Shown here: piece by piece, positions 9,158-19,327 of the stretch
How positions within the stretch are numbered: position 1 is the stretch's first letter
How the letters are laid out: each line of letters begins with the position of its first letter
Assembly: GCA_019419995.1 (NCBI GenBank)
Contig: JAHZHZ010000007.1
Location: forward strand, 2,402-66,401
Source: Clostridiales bacterium
GTDB taxonomy: Bacteria; Bacillota; Clostridia; Christensenellales; Aristaeellaceae
DNA length: 64,000 nt
Reading direction: 5' to 3'
Notes under the pieces: model-generated
The model's input: only the letters and a program-made list of their open reading frames with translations
What the model was told of the DNA's origin: nothing
Database searches by the model: none
Position numbers and translations under genes: made by a program

Positions 9158-10810
9158 TCATTCCACGGCAATGAGATAATAATACAGGGGCTGGCCTCCG
9201 TTCTGTATTTCCACATCGCAGTCAGGATATTCCCGCTCCAAGTCCTCACAGAGCTTACGGGCTTCGGCTTCGGATATATCACTGCCGTAGTAAACTGTGA
9301 TCAGCGTGGCTTCATCATGAACCATCTTTTCGGTCACTTTCATGCCCACCTGATGGATATCCTCTCCCAGCACGCTGAGCTTATTATCAATCATTCCCAT
9401 GATATCGCCCTGGTGAATCTGCTGATCCTCATAAGTCGTATCTCGAACAGCATAAGTGATGGAAGCGGTATGTACACTCTCCGCCGCCTCTGTCATAGCC
9501 GCCGTGTTTTCCTCCACGCTCATCTCCTGAGAGAAGGCCAGCATGGCGGAAATTCCCATGGGTACGGACTTAGTGGGCAAAACCACCACGTTTTTCTTCG
9601 TCAGCTCGGTCGCCTGCTGAGCGGCCAGGATAATATTGGTATTGTTGGGCAGGATAAACACATTTTTAGCATGCGTCGCCTCCACAGCCTGTGCCAAATC
9701 CTGAATGCTGGGATTCATTGTCTGGCCGCCATCCACAATCTCATCCACCATCAAATCCCTGAAAATATCGGCCAGACCATCGCCCAAAGCAACGGCTACA
9801 ATACCATATTCCTTCATTTGGGCCGCCTCGCTTTCAGCGCGGGCAGCTTCCCTCTCCCGGGCCTCCTCAAACATGTTGTCGATCTTGATGGCATCCAGTT
9901 CACCCAATTCCAATGCATACTGGATGGCTTTGCCCGGATCGTTGGTATGCACGTGCACCTTGACCACGGAAAGATCCGAAATCACCAGCACGCAATCGCC
10001 GATTTTTTCCAGGCGCTTGCGCAAACGAACCACATCCCCCTCCTTCATATCTGGATGAGGATGGGATACGATAAATTCGGTACAATAGCCAAAGCGAATA
10101 TCTTCGATGCGCAGATCAGCATGTTCATCGATAAACTCACCGGGCATGGCCTCCGCCTGTACGGAATCAGAGCCTTCTCCAATCTCCACGCTCTCACCCG
10201 TCAGAGCCGCATACATGCCTCTGAAGATGACCATCAGACCCATGCCGCCGCTATCTACCACGCCCGCCTGTTTGAGCACGGGCAACATTTCGGGCGTCTT
10301 TTTCAAAATAGCGTCGCCGGAAGTGAGCAGGAGTTTAAACAGCTCTTCCAGATCTGCACACTTGTACCCGGATTTCTCCAAATCCTCCGCAATGACCCGA
10401 ATCACCGTCAGAATAGTGCCCTCCTTGGGCTTCATCACCGCCTTGTAGGCGGTGTTGGCTCCCTGACGGATTGCCTGAATCATCAGCGGCACATCAATTT
10501 CCTCATGGCCATCCAGCCCTCGAGCCAAACCGCGCAGGATCTGGCTGAGAATTACGCCAGAGTTTCCCCGCGCTCCCTTAAGCGCACCTCTGGCCACAGC
10601 ATCCGCCACATCGGTGACCGCCGTATATCGCTTTGCGTTCATTTCCTTAATGGCCGCGGTAATCGTCTGGGACATATTGGATCCCGTATCTCCATCGGGC
10701 ACCGGAAATACATTCAGAGCATCGACGCTCTCACGGTTTTTCACCAGCAGAGCCGCACCGGAAGAAAGCATCTCCTTGAGCGCCATGCCATCTATCTTCG
10801 TTATAGCCAT
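9158..10810 (-). CDS. DAK2 domain-containing protein (YloV family)
   Basis: NVFPVPDGDTGSNM Dak2 motif; start at ATG 10810 after GGAGGG (track start 10822 is TTG); follows asp23 as in yloU-yloV pairs. Confidence 0.9.
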   Translation of the reverse strand: MAITKIDGMALKEMLSSGAALLVKNRESVDALNVFPVPDGDTGSNMSQTITAAIKEMNAKRYTAVTDVADAVARGALKGARGNSGVILSQILRGLARGLDGHEEIDVPLMIQAIRQGANTAYKAVMKPKEGTILTVIRVIAEDLEKSGYKCADLEELFKLLLTSGDAILKKTPEMLPVLKQAGVVDSGGMGLMVIFRGMYAALTGESVEIGEGSDSVQAEAMPGEFIDEHADLRIEDIRFGYCTEFIVSHPHPDMKEGDVVRLRKRLEKIGDCVLVISDLSVVKVHVHTNDPGKAIQYALELGELDAIKIDNMFEEAREREAARAESEAAQMKEYGIVAVALGDGLADIFRDLMVDEIVDGGQTMNPSIQDLAQAVEATHAKNVFILPNNTNIILAAQQATELTKKNVVVLPTKSVPMGISAMLAFSQEMSVEENTAAMTEAAESVHTASITYAVRDTTYEDQQIHQGDIMGMIDNKLSVLGEDIHQVGMKVTEKMVHDEATLITVYYGSDISEAEARKLCEDLEREYPDCDVEIQNGGQPLYYYLIAVE

Positions 10811-10834
10811 CTTTCCCTCCAACTATCCCACCGC

Positions 10835-11185
10835 TCAGACGCGGATGTCCTCGACACAGACGTTTACACGCCCCACCGGGATTCCCGTAAGATGCTCTAC
10901 CTTGTATTTCACTGTCTCAATAATTGAAGCGGCAACCGCACTGATTGAAATTCCATATTCAACAATGATGAACAGATCAATATCCACCTTATCGCCAGAG
11001 GAACGTACTTTCACGCCGCGGCCAAGATTTTCTCTGCCCATCAGCTGAACAATGCCGTCGGTGGAGCGCTTGGACGCCATACCGACGATACCATAGCAAT
11101 CCAACGCCGCATAGCCTGCTACGCGAACCAGCACATCGTCATTGACCGTTACGAGGCCGAGCTCGGTTGTAAATCTGCAATCCAT
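10835..11185 (-). CDS. Asp23/Gls24-family envelope/alkaline-shock protein (YloU-like)
   Basis: 116 aa; LVTVNDDVLVRVAGYAALDCYGIVGM..., VDIDLFIIVEYG pattern; GGAGG RBS. Confidence 0.9.
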   Translation of the reverse strand: MDCRFTTELGLVTVNDDVLVRVAGYAALDCYGIVGMASKRSTDGIVQLMGRENLGRGVKVRSSGDKVDIDLFIIVEYGISISAVAASIIETVKYKVEHLTGIPVGRVNVCVEDIRV

Positions 11186-11403
11186 GTCACAACCTCCGTT
11201 CAGGTATTGAACTCATGTTTCCCGCACTATGCGGGGTGCATTCAGTCACGAATACACTTCCACTCGCTATCAGTATAACTTTTTTTTGCTCAATATGCAA
11301 GCGTATTATGAAAAAACCAATGGAAATCCCCATTGCTTCCCCCCGTAAAGGAGCCGTGTAAAAACACAAACAGAGGTTTTTTTGAATTTTACACACCAAG
11401 CAC

Positions 11404-11432
11404 TTGTGTTTTGTGCCATTCGGTGGTATAAT
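11404..11432 (+). promoter_or_regulatory. Sigma-A-type promoter for rpmB (TTGTGT-17-TGgTATAAT, extended -10)
   Basis: Read directly 47 nt upstream of rpmB ATG. Confidence 0.5.
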
Positions 11433-11478
11433 TCATGTGTTTTGATGTGACATACCCTTGAAGGAGGTGTGATAGAGT

Positions 11479-11670
11479 ATGAGAAAGTTTTGTGAAGTTT
11501 GCGGCAAGGGCGTAGTTTACGGTAACAACGTCAGCCACTCCAACCGCAAGACGCGCCGCACCTGGGCTCCCAACACGCAAAAGGTCAAAGTGCTTGTCAA
11601 TGGCGTGCCCAAGAGCATGTCCGTCTGCACGCGTTGCCTGCGCAGCAATAAGGTTGAGCGCGCTCTGTAA
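11479..11670 (+). CDS. rpmB: 50S ribosomal protein L28
   Basis: 63 aa [38 protein letters not shown]...; AGGAGG RBS. Confidence 0.96.
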   Translation: MRKFCEVCGKGVVYGNNVSHSNRKTRRTWAPNTQKVKVLVNGVPKSMSVCTRCLRSNKVERAL

Positions 11671-11682
11671 TCTTTTAAGTAT

Positions 11683-11730
11683 AAAACGGATGGGTTTGCC
11701 GCATGGGCATTCCCATCCGTTTTTATTTTT
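11683..11730 (+). terminator. Rho-independent terminator of rpmB
   Basis: 12-bp stem aaaacggatggg/cccatccgtttt followed by T-run. Confidence 0.85.
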
Positions 11731-11754
11731 AATCCGGCAATGCATCCTTACAAC

Positions 11755-11937
11755 TCAATTAAAGCGCCAAATCAGGAAGCCAATGCTGATGAGCAATACT
11801 GCCAGCACTGAAGTCCAGACCCAATATGGAACAAACAATAGCAGAACCAGCACCCCCACCGCCATCAGCACGATGCCGGCGATTCTGGTTTTTGAATCAT
11901 TGCTGCCGCCGGATTTTCCAACGCAATATTTGCGCAT
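11755..11937 (-). CDS. Small membrane protein, unknown function (60 aa)
   Basis: GGAGG RBS then ATG 11937: MRKYCVGKSGGSNDSKTRIAGIVLMAVGVLVLLLFVPYWVWTSVLAVLLISIGFLIWRFN, two hydrophobic helices. Confidence 0.5.
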   Translation of the reverse strand: MRKYCVGKSGGSNDSKTRIAGIVLMAVGVLVLLLFVPYWVWTSVLAVLLISIGFLIWRFN

Positions 11938-12141
11938 ATCCTCGCCTCCCGTCTGCACTCCCACACGAGCCATACAGTCAAGGATATGCACAACATTGGC
12001 CAGGCGTGCCTGCCTGGCACAATTTCTTTTGGGAACGCTTGTTGGATTGTCTCTGATATGGTATTATAAGAATGGAATATTATATGCGAATGGCAGGGGA
12101 ATACTGGGCCCCGCGTGCCGGACGCCTGTGAGGAAGATATC

Positions 12142-12432
12142 ATGCAAAAGAAAATAAAAACTACCGTGCGCATTGCAGGCAGGGATTACGCGATTTCCAG
12201 CTACGATTCCGAGGACTACGTTCATGGTGTGGCCGAATGGGTAGATCGCCGCATGCGGGAACTGCATCAGGCGACTCGCTTGCCCGGTGGGCAACTGGCC
12301 GTACTCACCGCCATCAATGCCGTGGACGATATGATGAAGTCCCGGGAGGAAATCCGCCGCCTGAAACGAGAGCTGGAAACAGCGCGCAATGAAATTTCCC
12401 AGTTAAAGGATCAAATTCATGAACAAACCTGA
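12142..12432 (+). CDS. zapA: Cell division protein ZapA
   Basis: MQKKIKTTVRIAGRDYAISSYDSEDYV...LAVLTAINAVDD then coiled coil; start trimmed to ATG 12142. Confidence 0.85.
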   Translation: MQKKIKTTVRIAGRDYAISSYDSEDYVHGVAEWVDRRMRELHQATRLPGGQLAVLTAINAVDDMMKSREEIRRLKRELETARNEISQLKDQIHEQT

Positions 12433-14740
12433 ACTGCTTTCACCCGCCGGCAGTGGACCCGCCATGGTAGCCGCTGTACAGTGCGGTGCAGACGCCATCT
12501 ATCTGGGGGCAGGCGACTTTAACGCCCGCAAAAGCGCCGATAACTTTGAGGATGAACTCGCGGGCGCAGTGGGGTATTGCCACGCCCGAGGCGTCAAGGT
12601 ATACGTCACCTTAAACACCATGGTGCGTCAGGACGAATTGGCCCGATTGGAGGCCACCATTGAAAAAATCTGCTGTGCGGGCGCTGACGGCGCAATCGTG
12701 CAGGACTTGGGCGTGGTTCGCATTCTTCGCCAGATGGCACCCCAGTTGCCCCTGCATGCAAGCACTCAAATGGCGGTGCACAATCCTCAAGGCGTGGATT
12801 TTCTGGTGAAGAACGGCTTTAAGCGGGTCGTACTTGCCCGGGAAATGACGCACGAGGAAATTGCCCGCTGTGCAGGTCGCGGCGCTGAATTGGAGGTTTT
12901 TATCCATGGTGCGCTCTGCGTCAGCTGTTCCGGTCAGTGCCTGATGTCCTCCATGATCGGAGGTCGCAGTGGAAACCGTGGCCTTTGTGCCCAACCCTGT
13001 CGTCTTCCCTACCGGCTGAATGACCGTCAGGGGTACCTCCTGTCCACAAAGGATTTATGCAGTCTGGATGATCTTGCGGCGCTGATACAGGCGGGCGCAT
13101 CCAGTTTAAAAATTGAAGGCAGACTCAAACGGCCTGAATATGTAGCCGTGACTACGAAGATTTACCGCCAGTCGCTAGACGCACTGGCGGCGGACATCCC
13201 CTTCGATACCGCAGCCGCTCGGAAAGAGCTTGCTCAAATGTTTAATCGCGGAGGATTCACCCGTGGCTATGGCCCCGGACTCAGAGATTCGGAACTGATG
13301 TTTTCACAACAGCCAAATCATCTGGGCGTTGAAGTAGGCGCCTGCCGCCGCAATGGAGAAATTCAGCTGGATACCCGTATCGAAGCCGGAGATGTTCTGG
13401 TGTTGCGCCGCAGCACTGGCGATACACCTGTGCGCCTGGGGGAACGTTCTTCCGGCCGCCTTTTACTGCAGCAAGCTCGCAGCGGCGATCTTTTGATTCG
13501 ATTGGTTTCCCAGGCTCAACAGCGCAATGCCCTGAACGACATGGGAGAAACCAAAAAATTTGACGTGGATATGCAGTTGGTGCTGCACAAGGCCTCACCC
13601 GCTCGGCTGACCCTGTCCGATGGGATACATGAGATCTGTGTCTCAGGTGAAATGGTTCAGGCAGCCCAGAACCTGCGCGCAAATGAGGAACGAATTCGGG
13701 CGCAGATGGAAAAATTGGGCAATACTCCCTTTTCGCTGAGGAGCTTTTCTCTGGACATGGATCCGGACGCACATTTGAGTGTCTCCGCCCTCAATGGATT
13801 GCGACGACTGGCTGTGGATAAACTCATTGAAGCGCGAATGGGAGCGCCCATTCCCTGTGCGCCCATGGCGCTTCCCGAATCCATCCCTGAAGCGAACAGC
13901 CCGTGTGAATTATCCGTCGAAAGCGGCAGCACAGAAATCCTTTGCCGCGCTCTGGCTGCGGGGGCTCATCGAGTTGTGTTCGCGCCGGAGGATTTGCGTC
14001 CGGAAGCACTCGATGCAGCGCTATTGCGGCTGCCGGAACGCTTCGACCTAGCCCTTCCACTGGTGGCAGGCGAAAAGACATTGGAAATTTTGCATCAGTG
14101 GGCACAAAAAAACGCGGGGCGCATCTCCATGACCCATATTTCCAACGTGGGCCAGATGCAATTGCGCTGGCCAGGCACGTTGGCCGGAAACTATCCGCTC
14201 AACATCGCTAACAATTCAGCCGTAGCTCAATTGGCAGATTGGGGCTTGAATTGCTACACGCCCTCCGTGGAGCTCAACCGAGGGCAGATTTCCCAGCTGG
14301 GAGGAACGCGCCAACTTGTGGTGTACGGCGCACTGCCGCTAATGCAGCTACGCCATTGTCCGCTGCGGGCAACGGCGAACTCGTCCGGCCCACATCTCAA
14401 CTGTCGGCACTGCGACCACTGCGCGCCGGAGGCGCACTGCAACCGACAGGTTCTGGTAGATCGCACCGGGACACGCTTCCCTCTACGTCGCATCGTCACA
14501 CCCGAGGGCTGCGTGGTACAGCTGCTCAACAGTGCAAAAATGATGCTTCTGCGACGGTCTTCGTCTCTGCCGTCCTGTTCTCAATGGCGTATGCTGGTGA
14601 ACGGGGATGAGCCGGTGGAACTGCTGGTCAGGCAACACCTTATGGCGCTGAAGGGAGACAACCCCCGGAGCGATGAGAGCTGGGCCATTTGGGAGCACAC
14701 ACAAACCACGACTGGGCATTATTTCCGAGGAGCAGAGTAG
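12419..14740 (+). CDS. Large U32-family protein (collagenase-like annotation; Fe-S hydroxylase-type core plus long C-terminal extension)
   Basis: 773 aa; MNKPELLSPAGS..., CX6CX15CX3C motif CVSCSGQC...CAQPC at 12917-13000; overlaps zapA by 14 nt. Confidence 0.88.
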   Translation: MNKPELLSPAGSGPAMVAAVQCGADAIYLGAGDFNARKSADNFEDELAGAVGYCHARGVKVYVTLNTMVRQDELARLEATIEKICCAGADGAIVQDLGVVRILRQMAPQLPLHASTQMAVHNPQGVDFLVKNGFKRVVLAREMTHEEIARCAGRGAELEVFIHGALCVSCSGQCLMSSMIGGRSGNRGLCAQPCRLPYRLNDRQGYLLSTKDLCSLDDLAALIQAGASSLKIEGRLKRPEYVAVTTKIYRQSLDALAADIPFDTAAARKELAQMFNRGGFTRGYGPGLRDSELMFSQQPNHLGVEVGACRRNGEIQLDTRIEAGDVLVLRRSTGDTPVRLGERSSGRLLLQQARSGDLLIRLVSQAQQRNALNDMGETKKFDVDMQLVLHKASPARLTLSDGIHEICVSGEMVQAAQNLRANEERIRAQMEKLGNTPFSLRSFSLDMDPDAHLSVSALNGLRRLAVDKLIEARMGAPIPCAPMALPESIPEANSPCELSVESGSTEILCRALAAGAHRVVFAPEDLRPEALDAALLRLPERFDLALPLVAGEKTLEILHQWAQKNAGRISMTHISNVGQMQLRWPGTLAGNYPLNIANNSAVAQLADWGLNCYTPSVELNRGQISQLGGTRQLVVYGALPLMQLRHCPLRATANSSGPHLNCRHCDHCAPEAHCNRQVLVDRTGTRFPLRRIVTPEGCVVQLLNSAKMMLLRRSSSLPSCSQWRMLVNGDEPVELLVRQHLMALKGDNPRSDESWAIWEHTQTTTGHYFRGAE

Positions 14741-14741
14741 T

Positions 14742-17099
14742 ATGAACGAACGATATCTGAGGGTACTGGAATTTCCCAAAATTCGCGAGCGCATGGCTCA
14801 AATGGCCGTGACGGAATTGGGCCGGGCTCGATCCCTGACCCTCATGCCTTCCAGCGACCCATCCCTGGTGCGCCGCCGCCAGGAAGAAACCGAGGAGGCC
14901 GCCACGATACTGGCTTACAACGGCTCGAACCCCATGGTTTCCTTTGTGGATGTACGAGAGTTTTTAAAGCTGGCAGGTATCGGCGCAACCCTTTCCGCCA
15001 AGGCTCTGCTGCAGATTGGCGATGCAATGAAGGCCTCCCGGCTGGTGCGTGGCGCGCTGGTAACTGAGCGGGAGGATACGCCCATTCTAACCAGGCTGGG
15101 CTCTACGCTGTACGCCAACCGCCGCCTGGAGGAGGATATCTTCGACGCCATTGTGTCCGAAGACGAAATCAGCGACCATGCCAGTGGGGAATTATCCTCC
15201 ATTCGCCGGCACATCCGTCAGCTCAACGACCGCATTCGCGATCGGCTAAACGCCATCATCCGCGGAGCGTCCACCTCTAAATATCTGATGGACGCCATTA
15301 TCACCATGCGCAACGGGCGCTATGTGGTGCCCGTGAAGGCCGAACACCGAAACAGCGTGCCCGGCATTGTCCACGATCAGTCCGGAACGGGCTCCACCCT
15401 GTTCATCGAGCCCATGGCTGTTGTAGAAGCAGGAAACGAGCTCAAGCAGTGGGCCCTGAAGGAAAAAGCTGAAATCGAAAGGATTCTGGCAACTTTCTCC
15501 GCAGAAATTGCTCCCGACGGCGAGGCTCTGTCGCAGAGTCTGGAGACGCTGGCAGAACTGGATATGATCTTTGCCCGATCGGCGCTGGGCCGCAGCATGA
15601 ACGCCGTCCCCCCCAAGCTCAATCAGGAAGGGCGCATTCATCTGATTCGCGCCCGTCACCCGCTGATCGATCCAGAAAAAGTGGTGCCCTCCAACCTGTG
15701 GCTGGGTACGGATTTTACCACATTGGTAATCACCGGGCCGAACACCGGCGGCAAAACCGTAACGCTCAAAACCGTAGGATTGCTGTCACTGATGGCTCAG
15801 TCAGGTATGCAGATTCCCGCCGCCTATGGTTCGGAGTTGGCCATATTTGATGAAATTTATGCCGATATCGGCGATGAACAGAGCATTGAGCAATCCCTGT
15901 CCACTTTTTCCTCCCATATGACCAACATCGTCAGCATCCTGCAAAATGTTTCACAAAACGCCCTGGTGCTGTTTGACGAGCTGGGCGCAGGCACCGATCC
16001 CACGGAGGGCGCGGCCCTGGCCATGTCCATTCTCAATCATCTGCTTCAAAAGCAGGTGCGCACCATGGCCACAACCCATTACAGCGAGCTGAAGGTCTTT
16101 GCATTGAACACGCCGGGCGTGGAAAACGCCTCTGTAGAATTTGATGTAGAGACCCTGCGCCCCACCTATCGGCTATCCATTGGTGTTCCAGGCAAATCCA
16201 ACGCCTTTGAAATTTCGCGCAAGCTGGGCCTTCCGGAGGAATTAATTGAGAGCGCCCGTTCCCGCATGACCCAGGATCAACTGCAATTTGAAGATGTCAT
16301 CGCCAACGCCGAATACCACCGTCAAATTGCCGAAAAGGAACGGAAACTGGCGGAGGAAGCCCACATCGAAACGCAGCGTCTCCGAGATGAGGCAGAAAAA
16401 CTGCGCAGCGATCTGGCCGCCCACCGGGAACGGGATCTGCGCAAAGCCAAAGATGAAGCCCGGCGCATCCTTCAACGGGCACAGCGGGAATCTGAGCAGT
16501 TGATTGCCGAACTGAAAAAGAAGGGAAGCACGCAGCTGAAGGAACATGAATTGCATCAGATGCGCGCTCAACTGCAAAAATCCATTGATGAAACCGCGGA
16601 ACACCTGCCCAACGCTGCGGGCACGGGAGAAATTCCCCGTCAGGTGCAGGTAGGCGATACGGTGGAATTAACAAACTTGGGCGCCAAGGCAGTTATTCTA
16701 ACTCTGCCGGACTCCAAGGGCGAATGCACGGTACAGGCCGGCGCCCTGAAGCTCAAGGCGAAGCTTTCTGATATGCGCACCTCTCAACCGGACAAGCCAG
16801 TCAAAGTTGCGCGCTCCAAATCCGGCGGAAATCACGTGCAAATTTCCAGTCGGCCCGTGGAGACAGAATGCGATGTGCGGGGATGCAACCTGGAAGAAGC
16901 GCTGATGGCCGTCGACCTGTTCCTGGACGGCGCGGTCATGAACCATCTTCGCACGGTGAGCATCATCCACGGCAAGGGCACGGGCGTGCTGCGCTCAGGA
17001 ATTCACCGCCACCTTAAAACCCATAGCGCCGTAAAGGATTTCCGCCTGGGCCGCTATGGTGAAGGCGAGGATGGCGTAACCATTGTGACCATGAAATAA
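14742..17099 (+). CDS. mutS2: Endonuclease MutS2 (Smr domain)
   Basis: MNERYLRVLEFPKIRE..., GPNTGGKT Walker A, C-terminal Smr (IIHGKGTGVLR); start trimmed to ATG 14742. Confidence 0.95.
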   Translation: MNERYLRVLEFPKIRERMAQMAVTELGRARSLTLMPSSDPSLVRRRQEETEEAATILAYNGSNPMVSFVDVREFLKLAGIGATLSAKALLQIGDAMKASRLVRGALVTEREDTPILTRLGSTLYANRRLEEDIFDAIVSEDEISDHASGELSSIRRHIRQLNDRIRDRLNAIIRGASTSKYLMDAIITMRNGRYVVPVKAEHRNSVPGIVHDQSGTGSTLFIEPMAVVEAGNELKQWALKEKAEIERILATFSAEIAPDGEALSQSLETLAELDMIFARSALGRSMNAVPPKLNQEGRIHLIRARHPLIDPEKVVPSNLWLGTDFTTLVITGPNTGGKTVTLKTVGLLSLMAQSGMQIPAAYGSELAIFDEIYADIGDEQSIEQSLSTFSSHMTNIVSILQNVSQNALVLFDELGAGTDPTEGAALAMSILNHLLQKQVRTMATTHYSELKVFALNTPGVENASVEFDVETLRPTYRLSIGVPGKSNAFEISRKLGLPEELIESARSRMTQDQLQFEDVIANAEYHRQIAEKERKLAEEAHIETQRLRDEAEKLRSDLAAHRERDLRKAKDEARRILQRAQRESEQLIAELKKKGSTQLKEHELHQMRAQLQKSIDETAEHLPNAAGTGEIPRQVQVGDTVELTNLGAKAVILTLPDSKGECTVQAGALKLKAKLSDMRTSQPDKPVKVARSKSGGNHVQISSRPVETECDVRGCNLEEALMAVDLFLDGAVMNHLRTVSIIHGKGTGVLRSGIHRHLKTHSAVKDFRLGRYGEGEDGVTIVTMK

Positions 17100-17136
17100 A
17101 ACAAGCGATATCCATATTGAGGAAAGGAGTATTTCC

Positions 17137-17823
17137 ATGCCCATGCTGAAAATTCTGCTGGTTGACGATGATCCAAATATCCGTCAGCTGGTCAATCTTT
17201 ATCTGGAAAAGGAAGGCTTTGAAGTACAAATGGCTGACCGAGGCGATGAGGCACTGAAAATGTTTAAGGAATCGCCTCCCAACCTCATTTTGCTGGATGT
17301 CATGTTGCCCGGAATGGACGGCTGGCAGGTGTGCAGGGAAGTGCGCAAAGTCTCCAATATTCCCATCATCATGCTCACTGCGAAGGACGAAACCTTTGAT
17401 AAGGTGCTTGGATTGGAACTGGGCGCAGACGATTACGTAGTCAAACCCTTTGACATGAAGGAACTGGTAGCCCGGATCAAGGCGGTCTCCCGTCGATTCC
17501 AGGCCGCGGACACGCCGGACAAGGAACTGGTATTCCCCGGTTTGACCATCAACATCAATCAATATAGCGTAAAATACATGGGCAAGGAGCTGGAAATGCC
17601 CCCCAAAGAACTGGAATTGCTGTATTTTCTGGCCAGTCATCCCGGCATGGTGTTCACCCGGGAGCAGTTGCTGGAACAGGTGTGGGGGTATGACTATTTT
17701 GGCGATTCCCGCACGGTGGACGTGCATGTCAAGCGCCTTCGGGAAAAACTCACAGAAGGTGAAAATCTCGGCTGGATGATCAAAACCGTCTGGGGCGTGG
17801 GCTATAAATTTGAGGTGAAGTAA
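17137..17823 (+). CDS. OmpR/PhoB-family response regulator
   Basis: KILLVDDD...LLDVMLPGMDG receiver, winged-helix TVDVHVKRLREKL...GVGYKF. Confidence 0.93.
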   Translation: MPMLKILLVDDDPNIRQLVNLYLEKEGFEVQMADRGDEALKMFKESPPNLILLDVMLPGMDGWQVCREVRKVSNIPIIMLTAKDETFDKVLGLELGADDYVVKPFDMKELVARIKAVSRRFQAADTPDKELVFPGLTININQYSVKYMGKELEMPPKELELLYFLASHPGMVFTREQLLEQVWGYDYFGDSRTVDVHVKRLREKLTEGENLGWMIKTVWGVGYKFEVK

Positions 17824-17826
17824 AGT

Positions 17827-19326
17827 ATGAGGAGCGGACTGTTCTGGCGAATGTTCAGCGCCATACTGGCCGTGGTATTGGTAACGGTTTCCCTCTTTAC
17901 CACCATTTTGCTCACGGTACAGCGTGCTCGGGCTCAGGACAATTATGAAACCGAGGTGCGCATGCAGGCCCGTCAGGTGGCCGAATATATGCAACAGCTC
18001 AAGCAATTGAATCTGCTGCGCTCCAACGCCACCATTCAGTACATGGTCAACGAAAAGATCAATGATATCTACAATCAATACAACGCAGATATCTGGATCA
18101 TGGATTTTAGTTCAGGCCAGCTAACTTATACCGACCGCTCCGGAAATATCAACGAAAGTCTGGCTTCCGACGCGGTGTATGAACAGCTCAGACTGATATT
18201 GGAAGGGCGGGAAATCCGCGCAACCGGTCTGTTCAGCGAACTGGGCGCGCACATTGTCACCATCGGCGTCCCCTGGACGTACAGCGACGGCCAGGTAGTA
18301 GGCGCAGTGCTGTTGCATATTCCGGTGGATAAACTGCGCGTCAGCATTATGAGCGTCTTGCCTCAGGTCGTATTCCCCGCGGGTATTTCCCTGTTGCTGG
18401 GCGTGATTCTGGCCTTCCTGGTAGCCCGGAGTCAGACGCTGCCCCTGCGGGAAATTGAAAGTGCCGTACGTGCCTTTTCCCGGGGCGAACTTTCCCGGCG
18501 CGTCAACTTAAACTGCGGTGGTGAACTGGAACAGCTGGGCAACTCCATCAACCGCATGGCTTCGGAACTCTCCAGTCAGGAAGAATCCCGGCGAAGTTTT
18601 GTGGCTAATGTTTCCCATGAACTGCGCTCGCCCATGACCAGCATGAAGGGATACGTTCAGGCCATGCTGGACGGCACCATTCCCCAACAGGATCAGCCCC
18701 GCTACCTGCAAGTGGTATTGGATGAGACCAATCGCCTGACCGATCTGGTGCGGGATCTGCTGGATTTGAGTCGCCTGGAATCCGGAAAATTTCCCATGGA
18801 TATCGCTCCCTTTGACGCCAATGAAATGATGCGGCGGATCCTCATCCGTTTTGAGCAGCGCATTGAACAAAAGGGCATGGATGTGGAGGTTCAATTTGCC
18901 AACGATCCCTGCTTTGCCCTGGGCGATGTAAATCGCATCAACCAGGTAGTGAGCAACTTCGTGGACAATGCAGTGAAGTTCATGCCGGGTCCGGGCAGCG
19001 TGCTCACCCTGCGTACGCTGAGAGAGGGTGGAAATGTGCGTTTTTGGGTGCAGGACAACGGCCCCGGCATTTCCCAGGACGATCAGGGACATATCTTCGA
19101 ACGCTTTTACAAGGCGGACAAGGCGCACACCTCCGGTATGGGCACGGGGCTGGGATTGTCCATCTGCAAAAATATTCTTCAGCAACACGGCAGCGAAATT
19201 CAAATGCACTCCAAGCCCGGAGAAACCGTCTTTTCCTTTGCCCTACCCGCGGCAGAAGCCACTTCCAGGCTCGCCGTTGGCCCTGAATCTGGAAATCTGG
19301 AAAATGTTCAAAAAAGTGAGGTTTGA
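17827..19326 (+). CDS. Sensor histidine kinase (TM-HAMP-HisKA-HATPase)
   Basis: H-box SHELRSPMTSM, N/G boxes (DNGPGI, GTGLGLSICK); 4 nt after the regulator. Confidence 0.92.
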   Translation: MRSGLFWRMFSAILAVVLVTVSLFTTILLTVQRARAQDNYETEVRMQARQVAEYMQQLKQLNLLRSNATIQYMVNEKINDIYNQYNADIWIMDFSSGQLTYTDRSGNINESLASDAVYEQLRLILEGREIRATGLFSELGAHIVTIGVPWTYSDGQVVGAVLLHIPVDKLRVSIMSVLPQVVFPAGISLLLGVILAFLVARSQTLPLREIESAVRAFSRGELSRRVNLNCGGELEQLGNSINRMASELSSQEESRRSFVANVSHELRSPMTSMKGYVQAMLDGTIPQQDQPRYLQVVLDETNRLTDLVRDLLDLSRLESGKFPMDIAPFDANEMMRRILIRFEQRIEQKGMDVEVQFANDPCFALGDVNRINQVVSNFVDNAVKFMPGPGSVLTLRTLREGGNVRFWVQDNGPGISQDDQGHIFERFYKADKAHTSGMGTGLGLSICKNILQQHGSEIQMHSKPGETVFSFALPAAEATSRLAVGPESGNLENVQKSEV

Positions 19327-19327
19327 A

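Noticed and set aside
9089-10927. A 612-aa ORF on the plus strand, the longest 'unassigned' ORF in the track
   Set aside because: It is exactly antisense to the DAK2/YloV and Asp23 genes, which have clear family motifs, RBSs and operon logic. Its His/Leu/Ile/Arg/Gly-rich composition is what the reverse complement of a GC-biased coding frame gives, and it has no RBS. The same applies to 7887..9179(+) opposite recG, 17014..18078(-) opposite the two-component genes, 32084..33055(+) opposite msrAB, 58568..59512(+), 38352..39230(-), 36360..37196(-), 50347..51162(-), 34405..35202(+), 1715..2503(+), 40062..40736(+) and 43246..43824(+).
11187-11399. A 70-aa minus-strand ORF in the asp23-rpmB intergenic region
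   Set aside because: It has no RBS. It overlaps the probable asp23 promoter (TTGCAT-17-TATACT at about 11300-11272) and leader. Its composition is not protein-like.
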